Shown piece after piece: positions 50,032 to 57,455 of a DNA stretch of 64,000 bases (its first letter is position 1; every line of letters begins with the position of its first letter). Source of the stretch: Meiothermus sp. (GTDB taxonomy: Bacteria > Deinococcota > Deinococci > Deinococcales > Thermaceae). Below the pieces are notes generated by a model that saw only the letters and a list, made by a program, of their open reading frames with translations, ran no database searches and was not told the DNA's origin. A program made the translations under genes and the position numbers. The stretch is from contig JBBIUP010000001.1 in NCBI GenBank assembly GCA_037440185.1, forward strand, positions 17,729 to 81,728. Direction: 5' to 3'.

Positions 50032-50676
50032 CTATTTGTACCTATTGCCGGTCAGGGCAGCGGTCAGACCCAGACCAATGTAGATTCCTCCCGTAACCAA
50101 CCGCTGCCCCAGGGCGAAGCGCGGCTCGCGGGCCTTGAGTCGAAACCAGCCACCCAGCGAGCTAGACAAGAGCGCATAGGCCCCATCGCTAAGGGTCGCC
50201 AGAATAATGAAGACCAGCCCCAGCAGCAAAAACTGCACCGAGGCCGCCCCCCGGTGCGGGTCAACAAACTGCGGTAGGAAGGCAAAGAAGAACAGCGCCG
50301 TCTTGGGGTTGAGTGCGTTGACTACGAAGCCCTGGGCGAAAATCTGCCGTAGCGACTGGCGTTGCAAGGTTCCGAGCTCGAGCGACTCCTTGGAAAACCA
50401 GGTCCGCAGGCCCAGGTAGACTAGATAGGCCGCACCAGCGTACTTGATCAGGTTAAAGGCCAGAGCGCTGGAAAGAAGAATGGCAGAGAGGCCCAGCGTA
50501 GCCATCAGCACATGCACCATCCCGCCGCACTGGATGCCCATTACGCTGGCCATACCTGCAGCGGGGCCTTGCGAGGCACTGCGGGTGACGATATACAGCA
50601 CCGCAGGCCCCGGAATCAGCAGCAGGGCCAGACTGGCCAGAGCAAACACAAACAGTTGATCGGGGGGGATCAGCAT
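50032..50676 (-). CDS. LysE/RhtB family amino-acid exporter
   Basis: PGPAVL, KYAGAAYL, NALNPK, FLPQF. Confidence 0.9.
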   Translation of the reverse strand: MLIPPDQLFVFALASLALLLIPGPAVLYIVTRSASQGPAAGMASVMGIQCGGMVHVLMATLGLSAILLSSALAFNLIKYAGAAYLVYLGLRTWFSKESLELGTLQRQSLRQIFAQGFVVNALNPKTALFFFAFLPQFVDPHRGAASVQFLLLGLVFIILATLSDGAYALLSSSLGGWFRLKAREPRFALGQRLVTGGIYIGLGLTAALTGNRYK

Positions 50677-50733
50677 CCAGACCTCGTCTTAGCTGGGGAT
50701 TCTACTGCGCCATACATAAATATCCAAATCCAC

Positions 50734-50886
50734 TCACCACTTCTTGGAACCACGCTGCGCAATCACGATTAACAGACCGCCCACAACCACAAACAGAGCC
50801 CACGCCGAACTACCACCCAGTGCCAGAAGCACACCGATCGAGAGGCATATCCCACCCAGGAAGTTGAGAAGCTGGTTCGGCTTCAT
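50734..50886 (-). CDS. Small 50-aa two-TM membrane protein (absent from the ORF track)
   Basis: MKPNQLLNFLGGICLSIGVLLALGGSSAWALFVVVGGLLIVIAQRGSKKW; ATG abuts the hydA stop (TAAATG). Confidence 0.6.
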   Translation of the reverse strand: MKPNQLLNFLGGICLSIGVLLALGGSSAWALFVVVGGLLIVIAQRGSKKW

Positions 50887-52266
50887 TTAGAAGTACATCG
50901 GCTCGCGCCTGAGAAGCTGGCCCCGCCCCTTCTGGCCCACGAATTGCCCACCCTTCACCGCAAGCTGGCCCCGCACCGTTACGTCAGTGGGTTTACCATC
51001 AATCTCGAAGCCTTCGAAGCCGTTGTAGTCGTTGTTCACGCTCTGGGTGGTGGCAGATATCTTACCCCGGAAATTGGGATCGTAGATCACCAGGTCGGCA
51101 TCGGCTCCAACCGCAATGGTGCCCTTGCGCGGGAACAACCCGAAGAGCTTGGCGGCGCGGGTGCTGGCAGCGTCCACGAAGCGGTGGATGTCGAGATGGC
51201 CCCGGCTTACCCCATAGGTGTAGAGCAGGTTCACCCGGTCTTCGATGGCCGGGATACCGTTGGGAATGGAAGTAAAGGCATCCTTACCCAGCAACTTTTG
51301 TGAACTGTCGAAGGGACAGTGGTCGGTGCCTACAGTGTCTATGAAACCCTGGGCCAGCGCGTCCCATAGCACCTTCTGATTGCCCTTCTGGCGCAGTGGC
51401 GGCGACATCACATGCTTCATACCCTCCACGCCTGGACGCTCGGCATAGGTTTTATCGAGCAGGAAGTGCGGAATCACCGACTCGATATAGAGGGGCACAC
51501 CCCTGGACTTGGCCGCCATCGCCGCATCCAGCGCCCCCTTGCAAGAGAGGTGCACCACGTAGCCCGTAGCCCCGGTATTCTCGAGGAAGGTCGCAAAGCG
51601 AGCAGTGCCCTCGGCCTCTACCGACTCGGGCCGGCTGGGCTCGTGCCACTCGGGGCCAGTCTTGCCCTCGGACAAGAGTTTTTGTTGCAACTGCCCTACC
51701 AGTTCGGCGTTTTCGCAGTGGGCCGTGACGATCACCCCCAGCTCTTTGGCCAACCGCAGGGTCTGGTACATCTCGCCATCTTCAACGCCGAAGAAGTTTT
51801 TGTAGGACAGGAAAATCTTGAAGCTGCTAATCCCGTCGGCCACGATCTCCCGGAGTTGCCCCTCGGTCTTCTCGTCGAACTTGGAGACCGCCATGTGGAA
51901 GGTGTAGTCGCAGTAGCTATTGCCCTCGGCCTTGCTCTTCCAGAGCTGGTAGCCCTCCAGGGTATCGTCGTTGCGGTTGGGACAGCACATCTCGATGTAG
52001 GTAGTGGTGCCCCCCATCAAGGCTGCCTTGGAACCAGTCTCGTGGGTGTCCTTTGCGAAGGTGGCCATAAAGGGCAGGTAGATGTGCACATGGGGGTCTA
52101 TAAAGCCCGGGAACACGTACTTGCCGGTGGCATCAATCACTTCGGTGCCGGGTGGAACTTCCAGATTCTGCCCGATGCGGGTAATGGTCTCGCCCTCGGC
52201 GTAGATGTCGGCCTTGTAGCGACTGTCTGCAGTGATGATTTCGCCGTTCTTGATGAGTAATGGCAT
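50887..52266 (-). CDS. hydA: Dihydropyrimidinase / D-hydantoinase
   Basis: PGFIDPHVH, SFKIF (carbamylated Lys), HCEN, GTDHCPF; resembles Thermus D-hydantoinase as recalled. Confidence 0.95.
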   Translation of the reverse strand: MPLLIKNGEIITADSRYKADIYAEGETITRIGQNLEVPPGTEVIDATGKYVFPGFIDPHVHIYLPFMATFAKDTHETGSKAALMGGTTTYIEMCCPNRNDDTLEGYQLWKSKAEGNSYCDYTFHMAVSKFDEKTEGQLREIVADGISSFKIFLSYKNFFGVEDGEMYQTLRLAKELGVIVTAHCENAELVGQLQQKLLSEGKTGPEWHEPSRPESVEAEGTARFATFLENTGATGYVVHLSCKGALDAAMAAKSRGVPLYIESVIPHFLLDKTYAERPGVEGMKHVMSPPLRQKGNQKVLWDALAQGFIDTVGTDHCPFDSSQKLLGKDAFTSIPNGIPAIEDRVNLLYTYGVSRGHLDIHRFVDAASTRAAKLFGLFPRKGTIAVGADADLVIYDPNFRGKISATTQSVNNDYNGFEGFEIDGKPTDVTVRGQLAVKGGQFVGQKGRGQLLRREPMYF

Positions 52267-52496
52267 GTGTTTCCCCCTTATGTTTAGAAGCCGTATTTTC
52301 TTCTTATTGAGCCAACAACGAATCTGGCATCGTACACAACAGCGTATCTGTGGGTCGTTCAACAAAACAAACCAGCGTATTTGTCGAACTGGGTCTTGTT
52401 GTTGTGTGAATATCGTATTTGTTTCATCGTGAGATTCCTCCAGTACGTATGAAACTCCCTGATACCTCTAAGACAGCCGAATGTCATAGTCGAAGA

Positions 52497-52601
52497 TCAA
52501 TGAATATCAATCCCCACTTCATCCCGGTAGCGCTTCATGGCTTCCCAATCGTTGGTCACTTCGGTGCGATTCTTCGACAACTGATCCCACGTCACCAGGG
52601 C
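52497..52601 (-). pseudogene. Duplicate of the last ~34 codons of preA
   Basis: Near-identical to 53280-53384 (offset 783), differing mostly at synonymous sites. Confidence 0.85.
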
Positions 52602-52624
52602 GCATTTCGGTAATGTCTGAAGCT

Positions 52625-53197
52625 TCACTCAAAGACCCTCCTATAGATTTGCGGCAGCGAGATTTGCCCGCCCAGACAAGGCAGAGGGATGTCGCCATCG
52701 CCGGTCAGGTCTTTCTGATGCCAGTGGCCCTCCTCATCGCGCCACCAGTGCCGCACGAATAGAGTGTCCTGGTCAACAATCAAGTAGGTTCGGAGGCTGG
52801 GGAGGCGGGTGTACTCGAGATACTTCTCTCGCAAGTCCACGCTTGCTGTGGTTGGCGATAGCACCTCGACCAAAATGCACGGCTCGGTTTCGTAGTATTC
52901 GGATGCGCCTACTCCACAGGCCACCATGATGTCGGGGTAGTAGAAAGCTTGCTTTGCCTCGTCCTGGGCGTTTTGACCGACATGGAGCTTCATGCCCTCG
53001 TGGTGAACGCGGCAGTCTTTTTCTTGGGCAAGTTGCAAGCAGTGACCAAAGATGTTGCCGCTGATTCGGCTGTGGCGTTGGCTAGCCCCAGCCATCGCGT
53101 AGACCTGCCCGCCCACATACTCCCGTCGCACCTCAGCCGTTGGCTCGCTCTCGAGGTACTCAGCAACGCTCATCAGCTGGGGAATAGGCTTAATCAT
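52625..53197 (-). CDS. Uma2 family (DUF820) PD-(D/E)XK endonuclease
   Basis: EYVGGQVYAMAG, YYPDIMV, VEVLSPTT, D-x-REK-x-x-EY; leaderless after TACACT. Confidence 0.9.
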   Translation of the reverse strand: MIKPIPQLMSVAEYLESEPTAEVRREYVGGQVYAMAGASQRHSRISGNIFGHCLQLAQEKDCRVHHEGMKLHVGQNAQDEAKQAFYYPDIMVACGVGASEYYETEPCILVEVLSPTTASVDLREKYLEYTRLPSLRTYLIVDQDTLFVRHWWRDEEGHWHQKDLTGDGDIPLPCLGGQISLPQIYRRVFE

Positions 53198-53279
53198 AAG
53201 AATTAGTGTAACCGCTTAAGGACAGGATTTCTCGAGTTTTGTTGACTTTTAGCGTTCGGCGTTAGTCGTTCGACATGCC

Positions 53280-54665
53280 CTAATGAATATCAATCCCCAC
53301 TTCATCCCGGTAGCGCTTCATGGCTTCCCAGTCAGTGGTAACTTCCGTGCGGTTCTTCGACAACTGATCCCAAGTGACCGAGGCACGGCCTGACGGCACT
53401 TCAACCATCTCGATGCAGTCTTCGACGGGGCAGACGTTGTGGCACAGGCGGCAACCCACGCAGTCGTCTTCGCGCACCACCGGCTGCGGGCGGGCGCTTA
53501 CCGCTTCGTGTTTGCCGTTACTCCGCACGTCGTAGCTATAGGGCTGTACCAGGTTGCCGCTGGCATCCACCAGGTCTATGCACTGGTGAGCGGTGTCGTT
53601 GCAGGCCACATAGCAAAGGTTGCACTGGATGCACTTGTCGGGGTTGATGCGGGCCACGGCGCGGAAGGAGAGGTCGAAGTCTTTGAAGTCGGAGATGCGG
53701 TGGAGGCTCTGGCCCACCACGTCGTCAATGGTGGCGAAGCCCTTGGAGTCCATCCAGCTACTGAGCCCGTCGCACAAGTCTTCGATGATGCGGAAGCCGT
53801 AATGCATCACAGCGGTGCAGACCTGGAGGCTGGTAGCGCCCAGCAGCAGGAACTCCGCCGCGTCCTTCCAGGTCGAGATGCCGCCCATGCCGCTGATGGG
53901 CACGCCCGACCGGATTACACGCTCATCCACACCTAGCGAGGAGAGCATGTTCAGCGCGATGGGCTTGACCGCCGGCCCGGCGTAGCCGCCGTGCCCGCCC
54001 TTTCCGCCGATGTTGGGGGTAATGGCCAGGGTGTCGAGGTCAACGGCCACGATGGAGTTGATGGTGTTGATCAGGCTGAGGGCGTTCGCACCCGCCGCCA
54101 GCGCCGCGTGGGCGGGGGGGACGACGCTCGAGACGTTCGGGGTCAGCTTGACAATCACCGGAATCTTGGCCACGTCCATCACCCACTGGGTAATCTGCTG
54201 GCAGTACTGGGGCACCTGGCCCACCGCCGCCCCCATGCCGCGCTCGCTCATCCCATGGGGACAGCCATAGTTGAGCTCGATGCCGTCGGCCCCGGTGTCC
54301 TCGATCTTCAGGATGATGTCGCGCCAGGCCTCGGGCGTAGACTCCACCATCGCCGAGACAATTACCGCTCGGTCGGGCCAGTGGCGCTTCACGTCGGCGA
54401 TCTCGCGCAGGTTGACCTCGAGGGGCCGATCCGAAATCAGCTCCACATTGTTGATCGCCAGCATTTTTTGCCCGCCGTAGTGCCAGGCCCCGTAACGATT
54501 CGAGACGTTGAGCACCGGCGCCCCGATGGTCTTCCAGACCGCGCCGCCCCAGCCGTACTCAAAGGCCCGGTGCACTTGGGCGCCGGAGTTGGTGGGGGGA
54601 GCCGAAGCCAGCCAGAACGGATTGGGCGATTTGATGCCGGCAAAGTTAATCTTAAGGTCTGCCAT
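53280..54665 (-). CDS. preA: NAD-dependent dihydropyrimidine dehydrogenase subunit PreA
   Basis: NPFWLASAPPT, ELNYGCPHGMSERGMG, KLTPN, CIQCNLC, CVGCRLC; AGGAG RBS before ATG 54665. Confidence 0.95.
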   Translation of the reverse strand: MADLKINFAGIKSPNPFWLASAPPTNSGAQVHRAFEYGWGGAVWKTIGAPVLNVSNRYGAWHYGGQKMLAINNVELISDRPLEVNLREIADVKRHWPDRAVIVSAMVESTPEAWRDIILKIEDTGADGIELNYGCPHGMSERGMGAAVGQVPQYCQQITQWVMDVAKIPVIVKLTPNVSSVVPPAHAALAAGANALSLINTINSIVAVDLDTLAITPNIGGKGGHGGYAGPAVKPIALNMLSSLGVDERVIRSGVPISGMGGISTWKDAAEFLLLGATSLQVCTAVMHYGFRIIEDLCDGLSSWMDSKGFATIDDVVGQSLHRISDFKDFDLSFRAVARINPDKCIQCNLCYVACNDTAHQCIDLVDASGNLVQPYSYDVRSNGKHEAVSARPQPVVREDDCVGCRLCHNVCPVEDCIEMVEVPSGRASVTWDQLSKNRTEVTTDWEAMKRYRDEVGIDIH

Positions 54666-54681
54666 GACTTGCTCCTTTTTG

Positions 54682-55165
54682 CCCTTCCCCCCTTGTGGGA
54701 GAGACCGGGTGGGGGGTCGGAAGCGTAGCTTTCGAAACGACTCCACAAATGACCATTGCTCTGTTTGACCGCTTGCTACGATTCAGGCCGTGAACCCTCG
54801 AGCGCGTGCCCGCTGGCTCCGGAAAAATATGACCGACGCCGAGCGGCACCTGTGGAGATTTCTCAGATCGGCGCAGCAGGGCTACAGCTTTCGCCGCCAG
54901 GAGGACATTGGAAAGTACGTGGTGGATTTTGTCTGCTACGAGAAGAAACTGATTGTTGAGGCAGACGGGAGTCAACACCTGGATAGCGAGTCTGACAGGG
55001 TGCGCGATGCTTGGCTCGAGAGTCGGAGCTTCCGGGTGCTGCGCTTCTGGAACAGTGACGTGCTGAAAAACACCGAGGGCGTGCTCGAGGCGATACGCAG
55101 GGCGCTGGCTGAGGGGTGAGCTTGCACTCACCACCCCCCTCCAACCTCCCCCACAAGGGGGTAGG
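54682..55165 (+). mobile_element. DUF559 endonuclease cassette bounded by imperfect inverted CCC...GGG palindromic repeats
   Basis: Left 54682-54717 and right 55133-55165 are reverse complements sharing CCCACAAGGGGG; the cassette sits antisense between preT and preA. Confidence 0.6.
54790..55119 (+). CDS. DUF559 (Vsr-like) endonuclease
   Basis: ARWLRKNMTDAE, FRRQ, YVVDF, EADGSQH, DRVRDAWL, VLRFWN; leaderless GTG after TACGAT. Confidence 0.9.
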   Translation: MNPRARARWLRKNMTDAERHLWRFLRSAQQGYSFRRQEDIGKYVVDFVCYEKKLIVEADGSQHLDSESDRVRDAWLESRSFRVLRFWNSDVLKNTEGVLEAIRRALAEG

Positions 55166-55177
55166 CTTTGTGGTGTT

Positions 55178-56509
55178 TTAGTCATCCGCCGCCACTCCGA
55201 CACTCGGCACGAGCTTGCGGTGCATAGCAAACGCCGCCATCTTGCCGTCCTGTACTGCCATCACAGTTGAGGCCGAGCCTTTGGCCCGCACGCAGTCGCC
55301 GCCCGCATAGACGTTGGGCTGGCTGGTCTCGAACTCGTCGTTGACCTTGATGTAGCCCTTGTCGGTCTCGAGGCCCAAGAGCTTCGCTACCACAGGCTTC
55401 TCCTGCCCGATGGCCTTGACGACCTGGTCGCAGGGCAGCACAAACTCTGAGCCCACCACGGGTTGCGGTGAAGGTCGCCCCGAGGCATCCGGTGCACCGA
55501 GCTCCATCTGCACGCATTTCAGGCCCGTGACCTTGCCACCCTCCGCAATCACTTCCACTGGCTGGGTCAGGAAGCGGAATTCCACGCCCTCGTTCTTGAT
55601 GAAGCTGTACTCGTGAGGGTAGGCAGTCATTTCTCTGTCGGTGCGGCGGTAGACCATCGTGACACGCTCGGCCCCCAGGCGCTTGGCGACGGTGGCCGCG
55701 TCCACGGCGGTGTTGCCCGCCCCGATCACGATGACGTTGCTGCCGATGCTCATGCCGTGGGGGTTCATCTTGGAGGCTTCGATGTACTCGAGGCCATCCA
55801 GAATATGCTCCTCACCGGGAATCCCCATCGCCGGAACCGTACCCAGCCCCACGCTCAGGAACACCGCGTCGAAGCCCCCCCGCACCTCGTCCCAGGAGAG
55901 GTTCTTGCCCAGCTCCATCTGGGTCTGGACCTTCACACCCAACCGCTGAATCATCTCGACTTCGGCCTGGGCTACCTCCACCGGCTCGCGCAGCACGATG
56001 ATGCCGTAGGTCGAGAGGCCGTTGGCGAGTTCGCGCTTCTCGAAGACGGTGACGCCGTGTCCCAGCTTCGCTAGCTCGCCCGCGCAGGTCAGGCCGGCTG
56101 GCCCCGAGCCGATTACCGCGACCTTTTTACCGGTGGGGGGGCCAGGCTTGAACACGTCAATCCCGCGTTCGTACACGTGGTCGGTGGCGTAGCGCTGCAA
56201 GCGCCCGATGGCGATGGGCTTGTGGTCGGAGCCCAGCACACAGGCCCCCTCGCACAACTCCTGAACCGGGCACACCCGCGCACAGGTCGCACCCATCAGA
56301 TTGGACTCCAGAATGGTGCGGGCCGAGCCCACCACATTTTCGCTGGCGATCTTTTTGATGAACCTGGGGATGTCAATGTGGGTGGGGCAGGCGTGGGTAC
56401 AGGGCGCGTCATAGCAGTAGAGGCAGCGGTTGGCCTCCACCAGCGCCTCGTGGTCGCTCATGGGCGGGTAGTATTCGGACAGAACTTCCTCTGGCTTGAT
56501 AATCTGCAC
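55178..56509 (-). CDS. preT: Dihydropyrimidine dehydrogenase subunit PreT (GltD-like)
   Basis: RCLYCYDAPCTHACP, CARVCP, IGSGPAG, GAGNTAVD; upstream of preA. Confidence 0.92.
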   Translation of the reverse strand: MQIIKPEEVLSEYYPPMSDHEALVEANRCLYCYDAPCTHACPTHIDIPRFIKKIASENVVGSARTILESNLMGATCARVCPVQELCEGACVLGSDHKPIAIGRLQRYATDHVYERGIDVFKPGPPTGKKVAVIGSGPAGLTCAGELAKLGHGVTVFEKRELANGLSTYGIIVLREPVEVAQAEVEMIQRLGVKVQTQMELGKNLSWDEVRGGFDAVFLSVGLGTVPAMGIPGEEHILDGLEYIEASKMNPHGMSIGSNVIVIGAGNTAVDAATVAKRLGAERVTMVYRRTDREMTAYPHEYSFIKNEGVEFRFLTQPVEVIAEGGKVTGLKCVQMELGAPDASGRPSPQPVVGSEFVLPCDQVVKAIGQEKPVVAKLLGLETDKGYIKVNDEFETSQPNVYAGGDCVRAKGSASTVMAVQDGKMAAFAMHRKLVPSVGVAADD

Positions 56510-56650
56510 GCTTCCTCCTTTGACAATCGTGTAGGGGCCATTTCTTGAGCTATAGCAAAAGCCAGAAACCCTCTCGGTGATGGCTAGATCACTAAGAAGG
56601 TTCGAGCCCTCACGGGAGCCGACTTAACCTGGATGGTTTTAGCTAACTGG

Positions 56651-56680
56651 AATATACGAGCCGGGTCAGAACGTTGTCAA
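56651..56680 (-). promoter_or_regulatory. Sigma-A promoter of the pyrimidine catabolic operon
   Basis: TTGACA-18 nt-TATATT on the minus strand. Confidence 0.65.
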
Positions 56681-56823
56681 GCACACTATTGCCGGGTGGA
56701 ACGCTCGTCGTTATGCAACCTGGCGAATGAAATTGCAGGGTGGGTCAGAGATTGTGTTTGGAGTGAAACGGAATTGTCTTGTTATGTCTTGACTTAAATC
56801 TGCTTCTGCTATATACATATTTC

Positions 56824-56946
56824 ATGGCACTCAAACGAACCACGCCCGATAAAAAAGCGGCCCGCGACTTACTGATGGATATTGCCACCGGCGCAATCGT
56901 TGCGCTATTACTGGTTGTTTCTACCCTGTTGATGCCCACGATATAA
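56824..56946 (+). CDS. Small 40-aa single-TM protein (absent from the ORF track)
   Basis: MALKRTTPDKKAARDLLMDIATGAIVALLLVVSTLLMPTI; TTGACT-17-TATACA promoter 6 nt upstream. Confidence 0.55.
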   Translation: MALKRTTPDKKAARDLLMDIATGAIVALLLVVSTLLMPTI

Positions 56947-57041
56947 ACCTGGACTAAATCCAGGTGGATTTAACTGCAATATACGCATCAATATGAATTT
57001 CAAACCCCACACCAAAGTCAATAAAGCTTTAGAATTTTCTC

Positions 57042-57257
57042 GTGTACGAGACACTTGAAGGTTCGGTTCTGCAATCCCAGGTCGCCAGCATTCATGGAGC
57101 GATTTTCTATGATGTGGTGTTGCAAACAGGCGACACCACCCGTTGGCTGCGTTTTCAGGATACTTTTCTGAACCCTGCACCCAAGCTGGGTGAGTATCTG
57201 AAGATTGAACTCATTTTGGGGAATGTTAGTGAAGTACGGCGAATCCCCGTTCCTTGA
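57042..57257 (+). CDS. Hypothetical 71-aa protein
   Basis: TAGAAT 6 nt before GTG (leaderless); beta-rich composition. Confidence 0.55.
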   Translation: MYETLEGSVLQSQVASIHGAIFYDVVLQTGDTTRWLRFQDTFLNPAPKLGEYLKIELILGNVSEVRRIPVP

Positions 57258-57311
57258 CGGGTCAGATTGGAAATTGGAGATGAGTTCAATCGGTGATTGA
57301 AATAAATAAAT

Positions 57312-57332
57312 CTTGAGTAGGGTATACTCAAG
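57312..57332. promoter_or_regulatory. HAIR element (HspR operator) upstream of lon
   Basis: Perfect CTTGAGT-N7-ACTCAAG. Confidence 0.9.
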
Positions 57333-57455
57333 TAGCCTAAGTGTAAGATTTGACCCTATCCATGTCCCGCCTCCTTATAAAATCAACTCATATATCGCTC
57401 CCATCCCGCCGAGAGAGCGACGAACCCCAGGCGGAACTCAGGAGATAGATACCCT

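Noticed and set aside
52267-52365. Cys-rich N-terminal extension of hydA
   Set aside because: Derived from the leader repeats; homology and the RBS start at MPLLIKNG.
52288-52421. Possible mini CRISPR array
   Set aside because: Repeats are only ~13 bp, degenerate and irregularly spaced, and there are no cas genes.
56625-56641. RutR-like operator in the preT leader (TTAACCTGGATGGTTTT)
   Set aside because: Poor match and wrong spacing, and no RutR in the window.
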